Of a DNA stretch of 64,000 nt, positions 20,601 through 31,259 are shown piece by piece. How positions within the stretch are numbered: the stretch's first letter is position 1; each line of letters starts with the position of its first letter. Below the pieces are notes generated by a model. It did not search any database, had not been told where the DNA came from, and was given only the letters and a program-made list of their open reading frames with translations. This DNA is from Heteronotia binoei (taxonomy: Eukaryota). The position numbers and the translations under genes were made by a program. The DNA lies in assembly GCF_032191835.1 (NCBI RefSeq), contig NC_083226.1:157294001-157358000 (forward strand). Direction: 5' to 3'.

Positions 20601-20951
20601 CTACCTCCGTACGAAATCCTATCTTCTAAGAAGCACCCCCTGCACATGCTCAGAGGAACTCCTCCTTTGCATGCAGATACCAAAAAGAAATCTTTCAAGA
20701 AAGTACCGAGAAAGATCAACCGCGTCTACCCCCGTACGAAATCCTATGCTCAGAGGAACTCCTCCTTCACTCCCCAGCCAAACGCGGCCGTTGGGCCTCA
20801 CCTGCGAAACAGGCGGAGGGACTTGGTGCTCCTCGGACCCTGCATTGGCCACCGAGGCCGGCTCTTTCTCCTCCGCCTCTTTCGGGGCCTTCTTGGCCCG
20901 CTTCTTCTTCGGACCCGGCCCGGCTCCACGCTTCCTCTTGGCTGCCGCCAT
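11366..20951 (-). CDS. BRIX1: Ribosome biogenesis protein BRX1 homolog (Brix domain), complete, 349 aa
   Basis: Ten GT-AG exons of 150+112+44+71+50+74+51+102+129+267 = 1050 nt; KWTNKERVLIFSSRGI, HTLAELKMTGNCLRGSRPLLSFD, STPQYHPKSQPFVDHV and EIGPRFVLNLIKIF match BRIX1. Confidence 0.97.
11666..11872 (+). mobile_element. 5S rRNA-derived SINE with an RTE/BovB-like tail
   Basis: AAGCAGGGCCAACCCTGGCAAGTACTTGGATGGGAGACC resembles the 5S internal control region. Confidence 0.75.
12693..12887 (-). mobile_element. CR1 3'UTR fragment
   Basis: ATAGAATCATAGAGTTGG... is a reverse-complement CR1 tail; similar pieces lie at 3232-3332, 23427-23700 and 35933-36089. Confidence 0.7.
13060..13188 (-). CDS. BRIX1: BRIX1 exon 9
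   Basis: IVEEDATLVEIGPRFVLNLIKIFRGSFGGQTLYENPHYQSPNM; |gtaata. Confidence 0.96.
14566..14667 (-). CDS. BRIX1: BRIX1 exon 8
   Basis: IFSTPQYHPKSQPFVDHVFTFSIVDHRIWFRNYQ; |gttag. Confidence 0.96.
15124..15388 (-). mobile_element. Sauria-type SINE
   Basis: Same family consensus. Confidence 0.85.
16208..16258 (-). CDS. BRIX1: BRIX1 exon 7
   Basis: AFDRHPHYALLKELFIQ; tcttttcag| ... |gtctgg. Confidence 0.94.
16372..16445 (-). CDS. BRIX1: BRIX1 exon 6
   Basis: IHTLAELKMTGNCLRGSRPLLSFDS; |gtgagt. Confidence 0.95.
16567..16616 (-). CDS. BRIX1: BRIX1 exon 5
   Basis: LSNAHQGPSAKFLVQN; |gtaagt. Confidence 0.95.
17418..17488 (-). CDS. BRIX1: BRIX1 exon 4
   Basis: VCEIKNCNKCIFFEAKKKQDLYMW; |gtgagg. 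Confidence 0.95.
18330..18373 (-). CDS. BRIX1: BRIX1 exon 3
   Basis: DTKMDRKDKLFVINE; ttttcag| ... |gtaata. Confidence 0.95.
18944..19055 (-). CDS. BRIX1: BRIX1 exon 2
   Basis: GKWTNKERVLIFSSRGIDFRTRHLMKDLRTLMPHSKA; AG/GT flanks. Confidence 0.96.
20343..20592 (-). mobile_element. Sauria-type SINE
   Basis: Same family consensus; sits between duplicated segments in BRIX1 intron 1. Confidence 0.8.
20802..20951 (-). CDS. BRIX1: BRIX1 exon 1
   Basis: aagATGG; MAAAKRKRGAG...PPPVSQ; CAG|gtgagg. Confidence 0.93.
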
Positions 20952-21400
20952 CTTGCTCGCACGCCACAAGCAACACTCCCCCCCCTTCACAGCCCGGAAG
21001 ACGCTCTAGCAAAGTCAGTAAATCATAGAGAAGGACTTCCGGCAAAGAAAATGAAAGCGACCCTTCGGGCGCACAGTGGAGCCGCTCTAGCCCTTGTCAT
21101 ATCTATGACGAATCACTCGCCAAGGGACGCCATAGCGGGAAAATCCGATCGGTTTTGAACCGGAAGTCCGCATGAGAGCGAAGAGGAAGCGAGGTAACTA
21201 CCGCTCTAGCGAGGCGCTTCTGTCGATAGGGCATCTTCAAATCTCAGAAGAAAACCTTAGAGACGCTTCCCCCACCAAGAAGGATGCTCCGTAGAGATGA
21301 CCGGAAATGCACTGTTGATCAAATACCATAGAGACGCCTGGGATTCGGTTCCTGTTGTGTGCCGCTCTAGCGGTTTCTGTCTGTAGGTTCTTTGGATTGT
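20952..21400. promoter_or_regulatory. Bidirectional CpG-island promoter shared by BRIX1 and RAD1
   Basis: Head-to-head genes; ETS/GABP sites in opposite orientations, ACTTCCGG at 21035-21042 and CCGGAAGT at 21160-21167; candidate RAD1 non-coding exon 1 donor GAG|gtaact at 21193. Confidence 0.8.
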
Positions 21401-22407
21401 AGGTAACTCAAGAGAGGGGAAGAGTCGCGGCGGATGAGGGGCAGGAGTAAGTTCTTTTAGATGTTTCGGATGGGCTGAAGAAGTTGTCCTTCTTAGAACA
21501 AAGTTTGAGTCCCGTGGCGCCTTTAAGATCAACACGTTTAATCCTGGGTGTCAGCTTTAGTGTGCACGCCCACTTTTTCAGATACATGTCCACGAAAGCT
21601 TCTACCCATCCAAGCATTAAATTTGGTTGGTGTTAAATAAGCAGAACGTCAACAAGAGCCAGTGTAAACGCAGTGTTCAACCATAGGCTGTGTTGGAAAG
21701 TTTAGCTTTTCAACTCTGCTAAACTGCAGGGGTAAGGAAATAGTCTTCATATCCCTTTTGGCAGGTTGTTCAAAAGGGATGGAGCTGCGCCTGAAAACAT
21801 AGAACAAGGTACCAGTTTTGTTGTTAAACCCCTATATGTGCCACAATAAGTATTTATTATGCTTTTTATTTTACCTTTTCTAAAACAAAACTCTCTTGTT
21901 TTAATATATATTTATCCTTTTTATTCTCCACTTCTGCCATCTATCAAGGGTTAAGCTAGGACTAGGCTTCAAATCTCCACTCAGCTATGAAGACGCTTCC
22001 CCCACCAAGATGAAAGAGCCTTGTAAGCTCTTGGAGGATTGGCTACATCAGGGGTGTGTGGCCTAATATGCAAAGGAGCTCCTGCTAGAATTGCACCCCT
22101 GCGTACATCCATGACAGGTTATGCTGTATGTGGGTTGTATGGTTTCCCTTCCTTACCTAAACCTACATCTTAGGTGAGGACAAACACCAAACCTTGTTTA
22201 TGACTTCTTTAGATGTGTTTTTGTTGGGAAAAACAGACAAACCCTTATTTCTGTAATCGCTACTACTTTGTATTTGCTTTGCGTTAATTCATGACAGCTC
22301 ACTTCTAAGTCAGTGTGTTGGACGTCTGCAAATATCTTAATAATGGCAGGGCCCTTTCTGTCTGTCTTTGTAGGGGTGTGTGGAGAGAGACGGAAGTCTG
22401 CCAAGCC

Positions 22408-22602
22408 ATGCCTCTCTCCACTCAAGAGCAAATAGCTGAAGAGCAATACATTTTGGTCGCCAGTCTTGACAATGTCCGAAATCTCTCTAATATCCTGAAA
22501 GCCATTCATTTTAAAGACCATGCTACCTGTTTTGCGACTACAAATGGACTCAAGGTGACTGTTGAAAATTCCAAGTGTCTTCAAGCAAATGCTTTTATTC
22601 AG
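22408..22602 (+). CDS. RAD1: RAD1 first coding exon (acceptor at 22374)
   Basis: gccATGc; MPLSTQEQIAEEQYILVASLDNVRNL...ANAFIQ; CAG|gttag. Confidence 0.96.
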
Positions 22603-25600
22603 GTTAGAGGATAATTTTTCATTCTTCCCAATGAACTGAGAAACTGATCTCAGCTGAAATAAATTAACACTTTCTTTTTTCTATGAAATTTCCACAGGAG
22701 ATAACAGTATTCTGACAGGCTAAACTAAACTTTCTGTGATGTGTTTTAATGACAGTGCAGATAATGGTTAAGGTCAGCATTGCAGAGATCTGGCCTTTGG
22801 TTCCCAAGCTGGTAGACTGCAGATTGGTATGAAATTGAGTATTTGGGCAGGTTTGGCATTTAACATCCTGAAAATGTTTGTGTGTGTCTGCCTGTCTCCA
22901 ACAAAGTAGTGATATTCTGAAACAAGTCAATCTGATGTAGTGGTTAACAGTGGTGGATTAGTATCTGGGACTCCTGGGTTTGAATCCCCATGGAAGCTCA
23001 CTGGGTGACCTTAGACCAGTCACACACTCTCAACCTAACCTACTTCACAGGGTTGTTGTGAGGATAAAAATGGAGGAAAGGAAAGCAATGTAAGCTGCTT
23101 TGAATTCTCACTGGGGGGAAAGGCCAGTCTTAACCATTACACCATGCAGTTTAACAGTTGTGGCTTCCCTTGCAATGAATCTTGGGAACTGCAGTTCTCC
23201 AACAGTGCTGTTGTCTCATAGGTTTTCACCTTCTGTTTTCTGTCTTTCAAACATACAGGCTGGAATTTTTCAAAAATTTGTGGTGCAGGAGGAATCTGTG
23301 ATGTTCCGAATCAATCTGTCTGTTCTCTTAGATTGCCTGACTATCTTTGGTACAAGTTCCTTGCCAGGTATTGCTTTATGGGAACAGAACCAAGATGCCG
23401 CTGTGTGCTGAAACCTGTCCGCTTTAGAACATAAGAAGAGCCCTGCTGGATGAGACCAGTGGCCCATCTTGCCCAGCATCCTGTCTCACACAGTGCCCAA
23501 CCAGTTCCTCTGGAGGACCAACAACAAGGCATAGAAGTCGAGGCCTTCCCACAATGTTCCCACATGGAGGTTCCCCTTAGTCACCATGGCTAGTAGCTGT
23601 TGATAGGTTTATCCTCCATGATCTTATCTAATCTCCTTTTAAAGCGGTTTATTCCTGTGGCCATCACTGCATCATCTGGCAGCTCTACATTTTAATAAAA
23701 AGGAGATCAGATATATAGTTAATGGTCAAAGAATGATGGATTTAAAACACCTCTTTCATTCAAAAATGTTTGCTGCAGGCTGCCTGGCATTGTACGGGTT
23801 GGTTGAGGAACAGTTCTTGAGAGTCTTAGATCCTTTGCATTGAAGTTGATGTGTTTTAAGCATCTCTCCTCATTTCAGGAACACAAACAGCCCTTCAGAT
23901 GTGCTACCGGGGGTACGGTTATCCCTTGACACTCTTTCTGGAGGAAGGTGGTGTGGTGACCGTGTGTAAAATCAACACTCAGGAGCCCGAAGAAATACTC
24001 GACTTTGATTTCTGCAGCACCAATGTTGTGAATAAAATTATCCTGAAATCAGAAGGGCTGCGGGAGGCGTTCTCTGAACTCGATTTGACCAGCGAGGTGC
24101 TACAGATTATAATGTCTCCAGACAAGCCTTATTTCAGGTATTGGATTTTTATTTCTCCATTCTGGAATGGAGTATTGTTGTGGAAGGAATATTGTAACCA
24201 GTGTGTAGAATAATTGGTGCACGTTTTTAGCGTAGAGGAGTAAACAGTCCTGGCCAAAAATGTGGCTTCAGCTGTCTTTTTCTGCATCAGTGGATGAAGA
24301 ACTCAGCTTGAGCATTGGAGGTCTGTATTCAGGTCACACATCTCCATGTATGTAACTTCACTAGATTCCCAGTTTGACTTCTGTGATTTTTCTTTGGGGT
24401 GGTTCCAACTAAGTTGTTAGGACTGTTTCAGAGTAAGTACTAATGTGATTGTGGGCATTACAGTGACAAATGTATAAATACAATTATCTTGTGGCTTTGT
24501 GTGCGCATTAGTTGCACAGTTGTCTATGCTGCTATTGAAGGAAGTGTGTTTCAGATTTGTTAACTGCCTCCTGATTCTGATGATGTGGTGGGTTGCTCCC
24601 TGTTCGATCCTTTTGTCAGTGAGAAGGAGCTAGCAGATGAACACGCCCACCCACCAAACTGTTGTTCTAGCTGGTAGCAGACTTAAACATCAGCACAAGT
24701 ACATGGCATGCATTCTGCTAAAGATACAGTACCTATACCTGTGCATCCTCAGTCCCAGCATTTTGAAGCGAACTACTGTGTGCATGCTTTCCTTACGTAT
24801 ACAAGCAGTTGTGCACATCCCTTGAGTGCAAATAAATTGCTCAACACCATGCTAAGCAAATTTATTCAGAAATAAAACCCATTGGATTAACCATGTTTTA
24901 GGATTGTTTCATGGGCTTGTGTTATATGTCCCAGAGTTCAACAGGGTTAACTTCCATGTAAATGCACGTGGCCCTGCACCCTTTATTTGGTACCTTTTGC
25001 AGTACTGCGGGATGGGCAATGGTGACAGATTTTACTTCAACTCATCTTGTTAGGGAAATAAAATCCACAGAACATGGTGGGTCATCAGCAGGAACACAGA
25101 GAAGATTCATGCACTAACCACTAAATCACTAACCAGCTTTAAGAAATGTTTGCTCCATGTTTCTCTTGGTGTTTAATTGCTATAGAGACAGGTAATAGAA
25201 GACTATAAACCTTTGGTGTATTATTAGAATATGCTGTCTTCACATCTATTGTATATGAATTATTGGAACTTGAGCATCAGTCAGCATATTGCTCAACACC
25301 ATGCTAAGTACATTTATTCAGAAATAAAACCCACTGGATTAAGCATGCAGTGATAATCTTCCAAAAACTTCAGAGCTGTTTGTGTACATGAAATAGTAAC
25401 TCATGGAGGCTAATAACATTTTCATAGCATTTGCTAGTCCACAGTTTGTTTGTTTTTCCAGATGGATACAAAGAACTTGGAATAGCTAGTGCATTCTTCT
25501 TTTTGCAGATTATCCACTTTTGGGAATGTAGGAAATGCACATCTTGACTACCCCAAAGACTCTGATCTAATTGAAGCGTTTAACTGCAGCCAGACCCAGA

Positions 25601-27369
25601 CAAACAGGTGAGCCTCAACACTCAGGATGCCACTGTAGTAGCACAATAGCAAGTTGGTTCCAGTCTTACTGACTACTAAAAGTCATTGTTTGTGATTTAT
25701 TCATATTGACTAAGCCACACCTGCCTGGCTAGAAAAGCTAGATTTGAATGCAGTAGCACTTAGAGACCAACAAGATTTTGGGGATACAAGCTTTTGAGAG
25801 CCAAAGCTCCCATCCTTAAGAGAACTTTGACTCTCAGCAGCTTATAGACTGAAAATCTTGTTGGTTTCTAAGGCTCTAGTTCTAGATAAAATCAAGCCTG
25901 AAGTCTCCCTAGAAGCTAAAATGAGGCCTTGGCCACTGTCATTGAGGCCTTGGTCACATTAAAAGACAAGAGTCACTGGGAAAAGTAGAAGGCAGCAGGG
26001 AAAGAGGAAGCCCTAATATGAGATGGGTTGGTTCAGTCAAGGAAGCCGCAGCCCACAGTCTGCAAGACCTGAGCAAGGCTGTTCATGAGAGAACGTCTTG
26101 TAGGTCATTCATTCATAGAGTCACCATGTTGGATGTGACTTACTGGCACTTAACACACACAAAGTGCTGCTGGACTCAAAATGTAGCTGTTCTACTGGAG
26201 ACCAGCATGACTACATGCTTGCAGCTATTGCTAGCAGGACTGTTTTTTGTAGCAGGAACTCCTTTGCATATTAGGCCACACCCCCTGCTGTAGCCAATCC
26301 CCCAAGAGCTCACAGGGCCTACTGTAAGTTTCAGGAGGATTGGCTACATCAGGGGTGTGTGGCCTAATATGCAAAGGAGTTCCTGCTACAAAAAAAGCCC
26401 TGACTGCTAGAAAAGTCATTGGAGGATACAAGCAGGCACAACAAAGGTCACGGATTTCTGTTTCTTTGTAAAAGTGAAATTATATGTGCCCACAGTTTGG
26501 CATGGAGCCACACTGGGAAGAGAGACTTCCCCCGCTTCAAAACCTTCCCCCACAGTTTCACTAATCAAAACTGAGCTACCTATGTTATTTGTAGAAAAAA
26601 AATGTCTCCAATACGTTTTCCTTTAAAATATTAACACAGCTGCCCAGTTGAAGTTTTGCACAGCTGAGCAGGGATTGAAGGTTAAACCCCTTCTTCCCCT
26701 TCCTGCAGAATCCTGTGCAGTTTATATTGGTTGGGATGTCTGGAGTCAACGTAGGTGTCCCCGTTCTGCTTTCCTAATAAGCAGGGCGTTTTTGAGCACG
26801 AATGCACAGGAACGCAGTTCCAGCTGGCTTGCCATCAGGGAGTGTGACCTAATATACAAATGAGTTCCTGCTGGGCTTTTTCTACAAAAAAGCCCTACTA
26901 ATAAATGACCAGCCTTATCCTTTGGCTATGCTGAGCCATCAGTGCTGTGTTTTTTTTAAAAAAACAAGTCAACCTTTTGCTGTGTTCACGGTTGTCTGGA
27001 TCAGGGCCATTGGATTGGTGATGCAGTGTGGAACACAACCCCCCTCCCCCCAAAAAAAATATTTATGGTTTCTGAATGTTTTCCATGACTTTGAGTCCAG
27101 TGACTGAGGATATGGTGTTAGGCCACATTAACCAAATGTTAACCAACCTTGTTTCTAGATACAAGATCTCATTGCTGAAGCCATCTATCAAAGCACTCGC
27201 TCTGTCGTGCAAAGTATCTATTCGGACAGATAACAGAGGCTTTCTGTCGCTGCAGTACATGATCCGGAACGAAGACGGGCAGATCTGCTTCGTGGAGTAT
27301 TACTGTTGCCCCGATGAGGACATAACGGACGCCCCTTCCCTTGATATTTTCAATGAGCCATCCGGATGA
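22408..27369 (+). CDS. RAD1: Cell cycle checkpoint protein RAD1 (9-1-1 clamp subunit), complete, 290 aa
   Basis: Exons 22408-22602, 23259-23367, 23879-24137, 25509-25607 and 27159-27369 total 873 nt; VASLDNVRNLSNILKAIHF, FLEEGGVVTVCKINTQEPEE and RTDNRGFLSLQYMIRNEDGQICFVEYYCCPDE match RAD1. Confidence 0.97.
23259..23367 (+). CDS. RAD1: RAD1 coding exon 2
   Basis: AGIFQKFVVQEESVMFRINLSVLLDCLTIFGTSSLP; AG/GT flanks. Confidence 0.96.
23879..24137 (+). CDS. RAD1: RAD1 coding exon 3
   Basis: GTQTALQMCYRGYGYPLTLFLEEGG...SPDKPYF; catttcag| ... |gtattg. Confidence 0.96.
25509..25607 (+). CDS. RAD1: RAD1 coding exon 4
   Basis: LSTFGNVGNAHLDYPKDSDLIEAFNCSQTQTN; ttttgcag| ... |gtgag. Confidence 0.95.
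26235..26402. mobile_element. Palindromic hAT MITE (CAGGGCTTTT-type TIR)
   Basis: Inverted ends; 8-bp TSD ATTGCTAG/ACTGCTAG. Confidence 0.85.
27159..27369 (+). CDS. RAD1: RAD1 terminal coding exon
   Basis: gtttctag|A; YKISLLKPSIKALALSCKVSIRTDNRG...EPSG-TGA. Confidence 0.96.
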
Positions 27370-27442
27370 ATGCTTTGCGAATGAAAGTTTTTTGAAAAGA
27401 AGCCCCGAATCTGTTTGGCGTTTGTTTGTCATTGGTGCAGAG

Positions 27443-27624
27443 ATACCTGATCTTGAAGCTAAGCAGGGTCAGTCCTGGCTGGTATTTGGATGGGAGACCT
27501 CGGAGGAATACCAGGTTCATGATGCGGAGGCAGGCAATGGCAAACCACCGCTGAACATCTCTTGTCTTGAAAACCCTGTGGGGTCACCATATGTCAGCTG
27601 TGACTTGATGGCACTTTCCACCAC
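27443..27624 (+). mobile_element. 5S rRNA-derived SINE in the RAD1 3'UTR region
   Basis: GAAGCTAAGCAGGGTCAGTCCTGGCTGGTATTTGGATGGGAGACC; tail GGGTCACCATATGTCAGCTGTGACTTGATGGCAC. Confidence 0.8.
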
Positions 27625-28681
27625 AGAACTATGACATGCAGCAGCTGAGAACTCAGTGGAGAGTGGGACATTTTGCAGAGTAGGGCCATTGGATTCAGTT
27701 AGGTGATACCAGAAGGGGAGGGAGCCGTGGTTGAGTGGTAGAGCATCTGCTTAGCACACAGAAAGTCCCAGGTTCAGTCCCTGGCATCTCCAGTTGAAAG
27801 GACCAGGCAGTGGGTGATGTGAAAGACCTCTGCCTGAGTCCCTGGAGAGCCATTGCCAGTCTAAGGCAGCTTCATGTATAGAACCCCGGAAGGCCTCTTC
27901 TGCCATGCAACAGAGCAAACAGTTCTCTGTCTCATAGTGGTGCAGTATTATTGTTGGCCCTGCAGCCACTACTTCAGGGCATGAGCTTACAGGTCCACTG
28001 CAGCAGTGTGGAAATCAATTTGTTCTAGTGATTTCAGGGAGGGAAGGCAGGTTATAGATTTCAGGGAGGTTATAGATTTCAGGGAGGGAAGGCAGGTTAT
28101 AGATGGGGCAGATAGGCCGGGGCTGTTCATCCCTACATTCAGTTGCTACAAGTAAGGGCTTGCTGTGAGATTGCTGGGAAGTGGCAGGATCACTACTGGG
28201 CCAAGCAGAGGAGGAAAGATCAATGCCTGCGAGGGCTAGTCTCTGAACAGAGGTGATCCTTGGAGGTTAGGTGCTCGAGGTCAGTGATCTTTTCCTTATG
28301 GCAGGAGAAACATGGACCTGCTGTTGTCTCATCTCCGATGCCTGGTTCAGTGAGGGCTGAGACCACCAGCATTATTGATAAGGCGGTTGACTTGATGCCT
28401 CCTATTGCTGCCAGGTTACTGGTCTGGATCCTTCACATACAACAGAAGACCTGCAGCAAAAGGAATCAAGAAAGGATTTTCCACCTACCTCTCTAAGCAG
28501 TTTTTTAATGCATGGGCTAACAGCATCCTTTACACGCCTAAGATTAGAAGAGTGGGGGTGGGGATGAAGCTTAACCACTGCCAGCTGACTGCCTGTGATC
28601 TTTGTGCTGTTCCATTGGCTCGCTCATAGATAGACAGCATAAGCAGTTTTGCTATCTCAGACTTTGCATCTGGGTTATGCA

Positions 28682-28852
28682 CAGGGGTGGAATTCTAGCA
28701 GGAGCTCCTTTGCATATTAGGCCACACACCCCTGATGTAGCCAGTCCTGCAAGAGCTTACAAAAAAGAGCCTTGTAAGCTCTTGGAGGATTGGCTACAGC
28801 AGGGGTGTGTGGCCTAATATGCAAAGGAGCTCCTGCTAGAATTCCACCCCTG
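28682..28852. mobile_element. Palindromic hAT MITE (CAGGGGTGGAATTC TIR)
   Basis: Perfect 8-bp TSD GTTATGCA. Confidence 0.92.
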
Positions 28853-29189
28853 GTTATGCATTTAGTTTCTTTCAAACAATGAGAGATCACAGCTCTGTGG
28901 TAGAGCATCTTCTTGGCAGGCAGCAAGTCCCAGGTTCAATCCCCGGCATCTCCAGTTAAAAGAATCAGGTAGCAGGTCATGTGAAAGACCTCAGCCTGAA
29001 ACCTTGGAGAGTTACTGCCAATTTCCGTAGACCTTGACTGGCTCAGGGTCTGATTCAGTAATGGACAGCTTCATGTGAGCAATAAGTTGTTTCTTCAAGC
29101 ACCCATAATGTTGTATCTTCACACACACTGTTGAGCTCTCTTTGGATTAGGTTGTGTGCATGGTACTAGTACAGAGAGTATTAAGTACA

Positions 29190-29463
29190 GAGAGCTAGTT
29201 TGATGTAGTGGTTAGGTGCACAGACCCTTATCTGGGAGAACAAGGTTTGATTCCCCACTCCTCCACTTGCAGCTGCTGGAATGCCCTTGGGTCAGCCATA
29301 GCTATTGCAGAGCTCTCCTTGAAAGGGCAGCTTCTGTGAGAGCTCTCTCAGCCCCACCCACCTCACAAGGTGTCTGTTGTGGGGGAGGAAGATAAAGGTG
29401 ATTGTAAGCTGCTCTGAGACACTGATTCAGAGAGAAGTGTGGGATATAAATCTTCAGTCTTCT
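29190..29463 (+). mobile_element. Sauria-type SINE
   Basis: GAGAGCTAGTTTGATGTAGTGGTTAG head; GGGATATAAATC tail. Confidence 0.85.
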
Positions 29464-30131
29464 AGATAGGAAATGCAATCAGAAGTCCAATTTCACAGAG
29501 CAAGATTCACTCGCACGCTATATGCATGTATAATGTAATATAGAAACAGGTCTAGCATTGTATTATAAGACTTATAATTCATGTCATGGGCTAAAATTTA
29601 CTATATTACTTTGTAATCCCATCCCTTAGATTTATGTTAAAATTAATGTTAGTTTTTAATCAGGAATTTTTAAGTATGTAATGGGATATATTTAAGAATG
29701 ACAACAATGGGAATTAGATTCAGGTGGGATGGCTGGGTTTGTCTGAAGCAGCAGAACAAAGTATGAGTCCAGTGGCATCTTTAAGACCAACCAAGTTTAA
29801 TTCTGGGTACAAGCTTTCATATGCAGGCACAGATACAGAATGGGAATTGGACAAGCCCATCTTGTGTACAAATACTCTGGATTGGGGTAATGTTTCAGAT
29901 ACCTCCAACTTGTTCAGAATTGGAATTTGTCTTCATTCTATGGATTACCAACCATCAGTCCCTGAACTTTTGCTCTTCATTTCAAATGGTTCCTGGCAAG
30001 AGTAACTCCTCTAATCACTCAGCCACATTTCAAACCCTCCTCCAGCCTCAGGGGCTTTTGTCTAGCGGAAGACCCTCTTCCCTCAGACAAAGTCTCCATC
30101 GTCAGGAGGGAGGCTTCAAATGCGGTTAATG

Positions 30132-30307
30132 CAAGGCCTTTTTTGTAGCAGGAGCGCCTTTGCCTATTAGGCCACACACCCCTGATGTAGCCAATCCCCC
30201 TGGAGCTTACAGTAGGCCCTGTAAGAAGAGCCCTCTTGTAAGGATTGGCTACATCAGGGGGGTGTGGCCTAATAGGCAAAGGCACTCCTGCTACAAAAAA
30301 AGCCCTG
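30132..30307. mobile_element. Palindromic hAT MITE
   Basis: Perfect 8-bp TSD GGTTAATG; another copy at 39684-39868. Confidence 0.9.
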
Positions 30308-30726
30308 GGTTAATGTATTCATTATTGTATGGCATAGCATGTGGGACAGCCTGGAGGAGATTTTAGGATTATCTGGCAGCCTGAAGCTCTAGTCTTTTTA
30401 GCATTATGCAGTGAGCTAGGCTTACTGGGGGGGGGGGGGGCAGGGTTTGGGAGAGCAGTGACTGACCCAAGGTCGCCCAGCTTGGTTGCAAGTGGAGGAG
30501 GACAGAATCGAACCTGGTTCTCCAGATTAGAGCCTGTTGTTCTTAACCACTACACCATGCTGAGGACTCCCTTCAGAGGTGGTGAAGTGGCAGAACCCAT
30601 TCCCTTGTCCTTCATCCCATGGTTCCCTAGCAGTTTTTTTGTACAAAGCCTTATGAACAGCAATAGGATTTTGCTACCAAACGCCACAGGGACAAGATCT
30701 TGTTATAGTCACAGATAACTGTACAC

Positions 30727-30918
30727 CAACACTTCCTCTAAGCTGCGGAGTCTTGTGAGCAAAAACTCTGCGTTGTGAGCTACTGGCATTAAAGCTGTGA
30801 GCTACTGCATAAATTAGTTTGCTCTGGGGCCATTTTTCCTGAGCTGAGACAAAAATGTGTGAGCTGGAGGCTAAAAAACTGAGCTAGCTCACGCTAACTC
30901 AGTTTAAGGGAAACACTG
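30727..30918. mobile_element. hAT MITE (CAGTGTTCCCTCTAAG-type TIR)
   Basis: Perfect TSD CTGTACAC; a second copy at 43130-43448 carries an inserted CR1 tail. Confidence 0.88.
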
Positions 30919-31259
30919 CTGTACACCGGTTGCCAGTTGATGGCCCCAGTTTTGCATCCCCATTCACATCAAAAGACAACTCGGGATGAGTTCAGTAGAG
31001 TGCAAAATAACAGCACAATGCAGTTAGGAATTTGCATCACTGTCCTCAAAGTCAACGCGAGGCTGTGTATACCTCCCAAGCAAAGACAGAAGCTTCAGTC
31101 AACCAGTTTAGAAGATCTTGAACGGAATGACCTCGATCGAAATCCCAGCTTTGACTGTTCCCGGCAAACCTTTCAAGGTCAGGTCATTCTCTTATCTTTG
31201 GCTTTGCCTCTTCCAATACTACATTTGATTCCAGCATTGTTTTTTAAAAATGAGAAAAC

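Noticed and set aside
22315-22407. Apparent N-terminal extensions of RAD1 (22315) and BRIX1 (20990) in the ORF track
   Set aside because: Both begin at GTG; the RAD1 one is intronic, upstream of the acceptor at 22374.
27443-27520. 5S rRNA gene
   Set aside because: Only a diverged internal 5S segment fused to a SINE body and tail; it has no 5S 5' end or terminator.
28030-28104. 27/18/27-bp local tandem duplication
   Set aside because: Ordinary slippage repeat with no sign of function.
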